A stretch of DNA of 64,000 nt from Lingula anatina (taxonomy: Eukaryota; Animalia; Brachiopoda). The stretch is taken from NCBI GenBank assembly GCA_051362555.1, contig CM120644.1, positions 10,500,567-10,564,566 of the forward strand, read 5' to 3'. Positions 25,655-37,400 of this stretch are shown here, one piece after another. The notes below the pieces were generated by a model. That model was not told the origin of the DNA. It ran no database searches and worked only from the letters and a program-made list of their open reading frames with translations. The first letter of the stretch is position 1, and the number at the start of each line of letters is the position of its first letter. A program made the translations under genes and the position numbers.

Positions 25655-27989
25655 ATGAAGGCTCTCCTCGTGTTTTTGATAGTGCTGATATTGCTGATTT
25701 ATGTCGGTGAAGTCAGAAAAACGTTGCATTTACAGAATACGTGAGTGATTTTTTAGCTACCGAATTCATTCATTCTTTTATACATTTATTCATTTATATA
25801 AATAGGGTGTATTTATATGCTGAAAAAACTTATGTAACGTTCTGCGATATTTCCTATTTTCAAAGTTTAATTCTACAACTGAAGATTCTTAGTATTACAT
25901 GTTTTATTTCATTCGTTATTTGAAACATCTAAACAAAGCATAGACACAACACTAAGAAATAATACATTACTCATATATTTTTAGCTCCCAGCTGGCAACA
26001 AATTGGAGGTGAGCAAATATTTTTCTTTTCTTATTTTCAACATTCTTCTTAATTTTATTTCTGTTTTATGTCTAGCAGCCTTTTTAAGGTACAAAATGCT
26101 AGTTTTGTCATTAGGTAAGGACGTTTCAAGTTACTGTAATGAAATTGGTCCGGGTGTACGTACCGGAAATATATATCGCACAAGTAAAGGTAGACTTTAT
26201 GTTTATTTTAGACATTAGCAACAAGGAAATATGTGAGTATACTTTTATCATGGTGAAATCGAGTTATGTGTATACGCGCTCGTCTATAACCTTGATTGGA
26301 AATTTTGATTTAAAAATTACTTAAATTTAACTTCTTAATGTATGTACCAGACGACTGAATATACATTATTTTTTTGTGAATCCTATGCTAACGTCTTCAA
26401 GAAAAAAACCTGCTTCAGATTCGTAAGATCGCGTCTGGTGAAACCGGTAGCCGTTTCTTTCAACCGAAAAACAGGCTTTTTATCCGAAGTGCACTCCCAA
26501 AATTATAAAACGGTGCAAATTTTGCGGGTTATATGGCTTTAACATTTTTTATTCTTAATGACAAATATATGTTAGGTAGATAAAGAAGATTTTCCCCCGA
26601 TGTAATTCTCCACACATTCTATTTTTCTCTTCAGTACAGCTCGGCAGTGTACCGGGTGAGTTGTTCTAGCTTTGTATTTGCTTTTCTGCTTTCCCAACAG
26701 ATAGCCGTGCTATTAGAAAACACTGTCCGAAGTATTGCTACATCTGATAAATTGTTCACCTATGCTTAGTGTTCCAACTTGTACTTAGGAAATTTCATGA
26801 ATTATCATAAACACCGATACAGAATACTAGTCCTTCAGCACTGATAATTTAATTGGTAGAAATGAGCTAGATGATATATCAATTTATTCTGTTTCAGATA
26901 CTGACATAAATGCCAATGTACACTACTGGTCTTATGTTCATCAAACAAATCTAATATAATAATGCAAGGTGATTTCTTTCAGACCTCGATGGAAAAGACG
27001 GTGAGTTTTCTTGGTAGTTTTACGACCATAAGATCTACTTATCAGAATTACTTATCTTTTTAAATTGAGTTATATTTACTATTGATTGGTATTTAATTAC
27101 CGTTCTCCTCTGCACACCAGCCTGTATAGGTAACTGAATTTCTAATGATTAAAAATTACACTAAGGAGGTAAACATGTTTTGTGATTATCATTACGTTAA
27201 CTTAGATTATAGTGTTAATAAGTTGTAGCCGATTTTAATAAAGGCGTCAGTTAAAGTACAACGCCGCAGAGCATCTTTTGTAAATTGGACATTTACAAGA
27301 ACATAAAAATCGTCTGTACATGATGTACACGTGTATTGTATACTCCACGCATATGCAGAAGCATTGCTTATATACGGAATTCATGTTTTAAGCTCTCTTT
27401 GGGAGGATGATCAGAAAGATTAACGGTGAGTCGACCCCATTTATTAAGCGTCCCTCATCTAAAACTAGGACCCACCAAACAACGAGGGCCCATTTTATGA
27501 AGCTCTTGTTGGTAAGCGATCAATTGGGGTTCGCAATACGTAGTAATGCTTGGTATTCTGATTAAGCAAAGTGTTATTTCTTCTTGTTGTTTGGAGGATT
27601 CTAGTTTCAAAGCACTGCAATATCAGCTGCAGCTAGTAACTTATGAGCAAAGACGTAGTAAGGTACAAAAGAAGTAGCTGTAGGTTGCTTGAGTAAAATC
27701 ACAAAGAAGTTGTTAAGAAATATAATTAATGTGCTGGCGATTTCATAAAATGATCTTACCAATGTACTCTACGCTGACAAACAGTGACAAAGTGAAAAAG
27801 CCAAAATATTTTTTGTTGTTAAGGTAGTCCATCTGTTAATTTGCATCTTTATACAACTCTTTAGGGAAACTGAACATCGGACAGGAGGGAGGACCATGCG
27901 AGCAGGATGACTGTTGGAAGCACTGCCATGGTCTTCGTGGAAAGGGCGGAGTGTGCCAGAATAAGAACTTCTGTTATTGCTTCGAGTAA
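25655..27989 (+). CDS. Secreted CS-alpha-beta defensin precursor with a micro-exon-encoded pro-region (~125 aa if all exons are used)
   Basis: Exon 1 25655-25740 MKALLVFLIVLILLIYVGEV... (signal peptide, donor GTGAGT). Candidate micro-exons: 25992-26008, 26076-26114, 26212-26232, 26635-26655, 26983-27000, 27121-27129, 27393-27425, 27503-27511. Terminal exon 27865-27989 GKLNIGQEGGPCEQDDCWKHCHGLRGKGGVCQNKNFCYCFE*. AATAAA repeats from 28001. The joined exons total 378 nt with no internal stop. Confidence 0.7.
27865..27989 (+). CDS. Defensin mature-peptide exon
   Basis: Acceptor caactctttag, phase 1. C-x4-C-x3-C-x9-C-x5-C-x-C with GGVC gamma core, the invertebrate CS-alpha-beta defensin signature. 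Stop and polyA signals follow. Confidence 0.85.
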
Positions 27990-28931
27990 AACACAAAGTA
28001 AATAAATAAATAAAACAAAATATAATACAACAATAAATAAACAAATAAATAGATACCTATGTAACATTGAATACATAAAACGTTACTAGAAATGATTTCG
28101 ATGATTAATATTGTAAAAATATACGCTTAACCACTCTGGTTGAACTCATTGAAGTGTAAACATTTGAGTTCATTCAGGCCTTTCATTTGAACTATTATGT
28201 TAATTAAGCCATGATATGTTATTTTCAGAACGGATTTCTGGAAAGAAGATGCGTTGTACCAAAACGTTTTGGTTTTTGCAAGAGGAAAAATAACACAAAA
28301 ATCTAATTACAGTGAAACTTAATGAGCAACCAAGTCCCAATTTCTAATCATTTACATTTATAAACGAAGCACTTTGATAAAACAGGTCGTCAAATCAATA
28401 CATATTTGGAATTTTATAATCCTGATATTCCGGTCTGATTAAAACTACATAAAGAGCAGCATTTGTTTCCTTTTTTCACTTCACCACAAGTGTAGCCTTC
28501 TTTATATTATTGTTATAGTGAAGAATAGCGACAACAATCCAGAGCGTTCGAACGTTGATTGACCGACTTTATATTCACACAACTTCACAAATATTAAAAC
28601 TATATTTTTCCGTACTGATCATGCGTTTGTAAACTCGTTTTCTTTCCATTGTCTTTGCGTTATTACAAGAGATTTTCTATTCTCATGTTGCAAGTCACCT
28701 TATGTTCCTTGAATTTTTCAAATGATTGAACATCCAAGAGAGCTGCAATATCACCCGTTTTATGAGATAACATTAGTCTTTGGCGACACCTCAGAAAAAG
28801 GCTGGACAGGCAACAACATCAAGAAAAAAACGCACTTTGTTATGAAATAAATACTTCACCGAGGTATGTAATACTAGAAAATATATATTATTACATGAAC
28901 ATTTTATCTTAGTGGTAAGGATTTTCAGCTA

Positions 28932-28934
28932 AAA

Positions 28935-28965
<31 letters not shown>

Positions 28966-28985
28966 ATAGATAAATAAATAAATAC
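28932..28985. repeat. (AAAT)n microsatellite
   Basis: Directly visible. Confidence 0.9.
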
Positions 28986-30384
28986 ACAAACAATCACTTA
29001 TATTTTTTATTCCAACTTGATTCTTTTATAAATCGCCAGTAAGAAAAAACGGTACCTATACCTTATTCTCTCAGCACATATGATTATTTGTGCTGAATCC
29101 AGTGAAGAAAGAGTAAAATGAGACAATTGTATACATAATTATAACCCAGCGATATTTTATGTTTTAATGATAGGTATATTCAACATTTAATTTGCAATTT
29201 ATCCTTCACAAAATAAAGTCAAACCTACCCAGCACTTCCCCTAATCTTTCAATTTCGACTCGTCGATAATAGTTTTCCCATGATTCGAGGATTTTCGCTA
29301 TTTCATATGGTTGGCGCAATTGGGGAGGCAGTTTGACGCACAGGGGAGGTAGGCAGATTGCTCAGTGGACACACAGGTCGCATGTACTTCTACAAAAAAT
29401 GTTCAGATTCGGTTGTTCAAAGAAAGAAAAAAATCGCTGGAGATTACAGAGCCACGATTTGTTGCCTTGCCCGCCATTGTGCGTCCTTGCCATATTTGTG
29501 GTAGCAGAAGCAAGGCAGAGTGAAAGCTGCTCTCTGTGTAAAGGGGGCCTAAGACAGTAATGCATACATGATAAGGTTCTGATAGTGATCTTGATCTTCT
29601 ACATTGCGCCAAATTGCATCAAAATTGACTTTTTTTGGCAATTTAAGTATTGTTCGCCTTTATATAATGTGTCATTATCCCTGTCTTTAAATTACTTCAA
29701 AATTCTAAAATACTTTTCAAATTTAATATACATGTACTTATTAACAAAAAATTCCAATCAACTGATGAATATCTGCCAAATGGCCCTTAGTCTTAGATAT
29801 AGGACCAATAAAGGGAGTTTAAAATATTGATGAAGTAATATATAATTATAATAATAAAATTGAAATATAGCAAAAGACGGTGTTAATTTTGATTTCGTAT
29901 GTTGCAGAACAAAATTCTCACTTTCATAACAATGTAAGTTAGTGCTACAGCTCTATAGTCACTGATACAGGTAGCATATGTGCGTTTTGGAACAGGAATT
30001 ATCACAGGTTGTTTATATATTATCGGCACATAACTAGTGCGTTAAGGCTAATTGTCAATTTTGCACAATTTATGTACGTACATGTACTTGTACGTAACCT
30101 GATTTGGTTAAGTATAATGGCTCAAGGTTATTCGTTTATATGATCCACTTTAATCGTTTTTCGAAAGGTTTGGCTCGCTTATAAACATAGCAGTTCTACG
30201 CACAGATTAACTGTTAAAATATTGAACGCTTCAAAAATTAATGCAAAGAATACAATTAAGATAAAATGACAAAAGATTCTTATTACCTACAAAAGTGTTT
30301 TCAACATATTCTCACGATTTGCCTATTCAATAGACTGAAAAAAGAAAACTATTAACACTCGTTAGTGATTTTTATTACGACCAA

Positions 30385-30774
30385 GGCTTCTATATCACGC
30401 GAGATTCACTACATTTAATAGAGACACGTATCCAAAGATGAATAAAGGATAATGTTTCAGTTGCTTAGCACTGCTAAAATCCAAAGTACGTTATTTCCAC
30501 AAAACTTACCGATGTATACCGAGGGGTACATTTTGCACTTAGCAGCTTTCTGTCATTACATTAACTAAAACAACGCTTTTTAATACAAGTAGCTTTTAAA
30601 ATGTTTGGAGGCATATTGTTTTAGTAAAGAAAGAGTCCCCAAAGACCTATACACATTTCATGGACCAAAGAACAATCCGAGCACGCAACATGATATACAC
30701 CCAAAACAGGACAGGCACGACCCATTTTGACCCATTTTGGTCCATTCAACTAAGCGTAAGGTCCCGCGGCGACT

Positions 30775-30844
<70 letters not shown>

Positions 30845-31978
30845 CTGACCCCGTGTATAGTTTGTATAGTTTAAGCTAATAGTATCATGCTCTCGTTTCC
30901 ACCATGTATTGAAGCTGGTCGGTCTAAAATCGACAGAGAGCACGTTTTCGTGCAGTGCACCACTGTGACGATGGTATTGGTTTGTACTTTTAAAAGTTGT
31001 TACGCGAGGTAGAAACAACTACTATTTGTTTACTGCCTTCCAGATCCCTTCTTTCCTATTTCGATCACTCTACCCTATTCAATATATTTTAATGTTTCCC
31101 CTCTTACGTTACACACCTCTGTTTATAAGTATTGCACCTTGACGGAACATGTCAATCAACGCTAAAGAACACGCCCCGCTCCTCACTCTTTCATGACTGA
31201 TTGCCGACATTACACTACAATAATCTTTTCAGCAATACTGATCTCCACGCTGCTAATGTCAATTTATGCGCTGACGTCTAAATGCATATACCCTATAGAT
31301 TTCACTGTAGCGTAAAAACTATCGTAAATACTTCCTTTCCTCGCTTTACAGTCTACTAGATTATAACTGTTACGGAATTGGGCGGGCTTTATTGGTAGTA
31401 TTCTTCCCACCCTTAAAGTAATTGATTTTCAATTATTAATTAACTTAAGTGTAGACTTCAGCAATGCGTCGGTTATCCAAATAGATTACTTTGGCAATTA
31501 AATTCCTAAATATTTACGCTTTACAAGATATTTGAGACACATCCAAATATCAGGAGAGATGAAGCCGTTGCAAGGGTGTCGTTGCAAGGGTGTAAATTTG
31601 CTGTAATCTCATTGGTCAAATAGCATCCATTTTTAAAGATAAAAAATAACCCTAAAACATTGTCGATTTAAAAGGGAAAAAAAACATGATGAAAAGAAAA
31701 TGAGAGGATGTTTTGCGTTTTGAAGGCCTTAATGCATTTTAACAGGAATCGTCCAAGTGTTTTTAACTTATTATCACGATTTGCCAATTCAACACGCTAT
31801 AAAAAGAAACCCATTAACTGCCGTAGATGACATTTTTCTCATTATGGAAAAGGGTTCTATTTCACACGAGATTCACTAGATTTTTTAAGGAGATACGTTT
31901 GCAGAGTAAAGTAAAGGATAGTATTTCAGTTACTTAGCAGTGCTAAAATCCAAAGTACGTTATTTCCACAAAACTTTT
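30385..31978. repeat. Dispersed ~120-bp direct repeat pair (about 30385-30508 and 31855-31978)
   Basis: Shared TTCTAT.TCAC.CGAGATTCACTA...TTTCAGTT.CTTAGCA.TGCTAAAATCCAAAGTACGTTATTTCCACAAAACTT. Adjacent sequence also resembles 53250-53720, upstream of paralogue 2. Confidence 0.75.
30778..30841. repeat. (TA)n microsatellite
   Basis: Directly visible. Confidence 0.95.
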
Positions 31979-32572
31979 CAAGAAGGCGATAAGAGGGATA
32001 TTTAAGTTTGAAAAGTTGGACAAAGTTAGGCGTTTAACAGATTTTTATTGGTTTTATATCGTCAATGATGACTGAGGCCAACAGTGTAAAAAATAACTAT
32101 ACAAGTGGTACTGCCGAAAAGATATAATTCTGCCTGTGTTATTATAACCGATAATAATAAATTTAGAATTTACCTGAGAGTAACTAAACAGCATGGGATT
32201 AAATCAACTCGATGGTGTTTGTATTTCGTCGGAAACATGTAAGGCTGAAACGACGCTTCAAATTCGTCGTGACAAATTCACTCTCATATGTTGCATATCT
32301 GGTATATGGTATCTTAAACATCTACGACGAAATGAAGAATTCAGAATTTGACTGAGGAGCCTGCCCGGAGTGCAAATACATGTAGTTTGCCATTTAAATC
32401 TTTTTAATTACGAATAAATTATGCCCATACAGTTCTGCTTTTCACAATCATCCAACCGTTGCTCTGTAGAACATCTTTTTTCTTGATTCCAATTTAAATC
32501 AGACGTGGTAATTGACAGTGATCCTAGAATAAAGTTATTTTTAGAATTTTTTTCTTAAAGGGAGAGACTGAA

Positions 32573-32671
32573 CCCATCAGACAAACGTCATTGATTCACT
32601 GTTAAATCAACGTTTATTTTTGGTGGACCAACGTTGAACCAACGTAGAATCAATGTCGTTTGCCTACTGGG
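32573..32671. mobile_element. Tiny EnSpm/CMC-type MITE
   Basis: Ends CCCATCAGACAAACGTCATTGATTC / GAATCAATGTCGTTTGCCTACTGGG, internal CAACGT repeats, 2-bp AA flanks. Confidence 0.55.
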
Positions 32672-34343
32672 AAGGTAAAGGTCTAGTAGTTGAAGAGAAG
32701 AACGAGAATATAGTGAAGATGTCAAATACACTAGACCATCAGATACACCTATAAAACTTGCACTTGCCATTTGCAGTTATATTTTGACATCTCCTCAAAC
32801 TGGTATGTAGCTTTTCTAATATCATATTTCTCGCTGGCAGTAATTATGATAAATAAGACGTATATTTCTTACACAGGCGATTTGTCTTTTTGCCTTTTCA
32901 ACATTTTGTATATGAAAAGCCATTAACTCTCATATAAGTGATGTAATCGGTCTCAGACTCTTTTTTTTTCTAAAGTGATAATGGTGGAGGAAACAATTTT
33001 GTTTGTTTTAAAAAGCATCCAGGTCGGTCTGCTTGCGAGTCTCTCTGCCCTGTGCCTCTCTGCCCAGTCTCGATTTCATATATAACCCATATCAGCAGTA
33101 ATGACTCTAGAAACCAGTGGCAGACTGGGGGGTTTTTGTCAAAATTTTGCCTTGGGCGCTTCCATATTTGGAAGTCATATGTCTCGTACGATATAGCTCC
33201 GCCCCGCCTGGAGCTGTCTTTCCGCCTAACACTAACGTTACCTCGTGCAGACGAGACAAAGAAGCAAAGCGGCTGACGCGGAGTTTGAAGTTTAAACTAA
33301 GAACACCTTGCAATCGAAAGTCAGTGCCACAACACAAGCACCCTTTTGGTTTAAAAATGGTATCGGTGTAGACATTGCGCAGTCCTTATTGTGGTTTTGG
33401 ACATACAGTGTAGCTGTCAAACTTGGCACACGAGAACCACGTGTATTTAGTTTATATCTTCAGGAGCAAATGTTTTGATAAGCAAAAATACAAAATATCT
33501 GGTATATATTTTTCTTTTATAAAAATATTATTTATTTTTCAAATCTTATAAAAATACAGTAATGAAATTAAATAAAGCAAAATTCAATATGCTTTAAGTT
33601 TCATTTTGGACTAATTACATTTGATCCAGATACAATGCGGAGTAGTTCCTTTGATCGACAGGTACTCATGATTGCCGCTGTTCTCCAGGGGCACTGTAGA
33701 GCTACCACATGAAAAGCATAGTGACCAAGCTAGCTTTATAGTTCTCTGGTACTCAGGGTATTCCGGATTCCAGTGAGGTAAATGTTTAATTTATTATATT
33801 TATTATTTTAATTTAAGCCCCGTTCCTATAGAGAACATCGGTTTAGGTATGTTGATCCAACTGTTCTGTGACCCTCGCTGAGTGCAATAAGCTTAACAGA
33901 TTAACGCACACCTGATAATATAATTTTTTAAAGAAACAACGCGCTCCATTGTTTTGCTTTTTTAGGTAACGAGGTAAGTAATAATTAATGGTTTTTCGTT
34001 CAATCCAACGAATATCTTATTTTTGTTTTTGTTTTTTTTTTTCTCCGTAATTGTGAACGTTTTATGCCGTTGTTTGTTTAACAGTTTATGCACGCTAGAG
34101 CTCTCGAATAAGCGAAAATATATCGTTTTCCCGGAAATGGCATTAATAATTTTTCTAGTTAATCATAAAGATATGAGAGAATGCCATAATGGAAACATTA
34201 GTGGAAATATAATACCCATGCCCATTTCCTGTGGGTTTCAAGGGTTATACCGTGATGCATGTGCTGTACTACTTTACTGGATGTGGCTCTTCCAGAACAG
34301 GGTGGACTGAAGTACATGGAGCAGTTTCATAATGTCACAGGTG

Positions 34344-34351
34344 TATATAAG
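34344..34351 (+). promoter_or_regulatory. TATA box of paralogue 1, within a proximal promoter conserved in all three paralogues
   Basis: GACTGAAGTACAT..AGCAGTTT.ATAAT.TCACA.GTGTAT(A/T)TAAG is conserved at about 34305, 54537 and 60607, roughly 70-80 nt before each ATG. Confidence 0.6.
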
Positions 34352-34420
34352 GGTCCTTGCGTCTGTGCTTTTACATATGAACTGAACATTGCCGAGGAAG
34401 CTTGAAATTTTAAGAAGATC

Positions 34421-37400
34421 ATGAAATCTCACCGAGCATTTTTGGTAATTATTATGCTATTATTTCCTTTTATCACAAAGGCGCAGTCGCCCTCCTATTC
34501 AGACGGGCAAAGCTCGGGTACTATTCGGCCTCATAGATGGCTCTGCGGAGTATTGATGGGCGTAAAAGTTGGCTTTAAGGTCCACTGCTACTGCGATGAC
34601 ATTTGTCACCTGTTTAACGACTGCTGCTATGGTAACGCATTTACTGGGGAGATGTGTGCTGCCTCAGAAGAACTGGAACCTGGTGAACGCACCAACTACT
34701 CTACGCCATCAGCTCCATCTATAAAACATCAGATTTCACTCGAGAATAGCAGTGCTTGGGCGTTTAATCCCCCTAGTCCCGTGTTGGTTGCGAATATCAG
34801 TTCCTGTCGAAGTGTTCCGCTCGTCGCTCCAATAACTGCACATGCACACGATACCGCCATTACGAACCACGGCTCCAGTGTATGGATGGTGGATTCGTGT
34901 CCCCCAATGTGGCCACAAGACCATCATCGCTCGAGCTGCATGCATGGTTCTGAAGTTTTGATCGACGAAAACGTGACATTGTATCAGCCAGTCACTGACC
35001 CGGATACCATGATAACATACAGAAACAAAGACTGCGCAGTTTGCAACGGGGTTGGAGACCGTGGAGACCCCTGGCAGTTTCAAGTCCAATGCAAGAGCGT
35101 ACCGTTAGAATCATTTCTTACTTGCTCTTCATCCAGTTGTGTTCTAAAGAAACTAATGGGCTTTCATTGGTGCAAGGGATATTTTGAGCCAAGGTCGGAG
35201 TGGCATCTAAGGTCTTGCTTCAGAATTGGAACGAACAATGACTTTGATCCATGCCCTTATAATCTGGTCAATAACACTTTGACGCAGGCCCGTTACCCAT
35301 TTCCTCCGGACACACCTCTGCAAAAGGCCTGCATGGCGTACACCAATCCCGTCATTCGTTCTGATGATACTGATATCATATACAGAAATTACCACTGCAT
35401 GGTTTGTCACACAGGGACGACACACTGTCCAGGTAAGATATGAAGCATTGTCTTAAGCCTGTGTAACACTGCTTGCAACCTTTTGGCAATCTTTTAGCAA
35501 CCACAAACATTGGCGTCGGTGCGATCACTTTGCAAGCTGAAAAAGAAGCGTTGGCATACTTTGGTAACCTGCCGAACATTGGTTGCAGCAAAGTATAGGT
35601 TACCAGTCGCCTACCGATTGCCAAGCGATACATTACCTGTCACCAATCACTTGAAAAGTGAAAAACGGTTGCAGGACTGTAGCGATCGATTGCCGACTGG
35701 TAACCACAAGATCGCCCATATCATGTATGTTGAAAACTTATGACGGTAGCTGCTTTCACGTTGATTCCCCTCTCAGAATACAGGAAAATACATCGTAGAA
35801 AATGGCATCTTCACAAAGATCAGGAGGCGTGTTGGATCCTGTAATATTTAAAAGTAGCTATGGAATAAGTTTGAACACGCATTTTCCTTATTTTACAATT
35901 GTAATAAAAGAAACCTTACTATAGCTTAATATAAAATTCGTATTGCAACCAGCACTGCAATAATAATTATAATACATTTGAATATATTTTTATCCCTGTC
36001 ATATCCCTTTATGTTATTCTGCTTCAATATTTGGTCTCCTTGAGGTTTCAGGGTCTTTGCAGTTACGGTCACACTGAACAAAAACCTCTTTGCCACTTGC
36101 ATCTATCACCGGTCGCAAAATGACCGGGAACCAGTTGCTACAACTCGCAATGTGGTTTCCAAAAGAACGCCTGGTAAAAACCAGGTGGCGCCGGTTTTCG
36201 GTGCAGCATCGAAAACATGGAGGCGACCTCAAATACAATTCGTGGTATACAACCGGTTGCCAATAGGCCGCGGCTTGATTTGAAACTGGTATGCAACTGA
36301 TTGGAAATTTTTCGTTGTCTCTTTAGCCCCAGACGTTTACCACTTGCAATGCAACGTAATTAAATCGTGACAGGTCGTGCGAATCGTGTACGTTTTATAT
36401 TTTCTCCTCCTTGTGGAGAGGATACCAAACACTTGCAGAATGTTAAATTTCGTATACTAAAACTATTTTAATTAATGATTCTTGGGCATTTTAACGATCT
36501 CTCACATTATTTGTAGATAATTTTTATGGTTGAAAATAGGATAACAAATGGGAATTATACATTGCTGAATAAATTATTTTTATTTTCCATTTTCTCTGTA
36601 TCCGTCTATTTGAATCATTGTTTACTCAGATAATTTAATTGGCTTTGCAAATGTTAATGAGATACAGCGATGAAAAAGGGTTCAAGCATATTTACCAATG
36701 ATTTTGTAAAAAATAACAAATTAAATAAACATAGCGTCATATATTTGCATATTGGTACCGAGCCTGATATGGAATTTTGTGGTCCCGAAATCATACAATA
36801 CGTGGCGTATGGAAAACTAATCCATGAACGTTAAATCTTGCCAGCAAATGCAAATGCATAGGCTTTCTTTTCCCAAGATTTTATGATTAATGATCATGTT
36901 TAGAAGGCATACATGACAAAATACAGACTTGACTTTTAATATGGAATATGTTTTCCAAATCATTTTTTCATCATTTTTTTTCCTATTTTGCTGACTGATA
37001 AATGAAAATAAAGATTAAAATCTAGTTTTAATAACTTTTGGTGACATCAGTTCATTGATTGAATTCGCCAGTGCAGCAAACAGAAATAAATTGCCTATTC
37101 TATGTCATACGACGTCCATTAAAAGAGATATTTTGGATCTCCATATTTTCCAAATTATCGTCTGTAAAAGCATCCAACGCTCCACTAATGATCCTCATGT
37201 CAATGTCTAGTCATAGCAACGGTCGCTGTTACACCTGACCTGTTCTGGTTGCTACCAGCGCTTTCAAGCGACAAGGCATTCCTTGGGAAGGTTTTTTAGA
37301 GTTCAAACTGGAATAACATTCCAGGCATCGGTCAAAACGTGTCCAATTGGGTCCAGTTTTGTTGTAGAACATGTAGGCCGTTGTTTCGGAGAGCAATGGC

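Noticed and set aside
28229-28306. Acceptor-led cationic peptide NGFLERRCVVPKRFGFCKRKNNTKI* downstream of the defensin
   Set aside because: Needs phase 0 while the upstream exons are phase 1, and it lies beyond the polyA signals.
29300-29553. GC-richer segment ending GTGTAAAGGGGGCC-TAA (Harbinger-like end)
   Set aside because: No matching left TIR found; at most a fragment.
33640-33780. SINE-like fragment
   Set aside because: Too degenerate to identify A/B boxes or boundaries.
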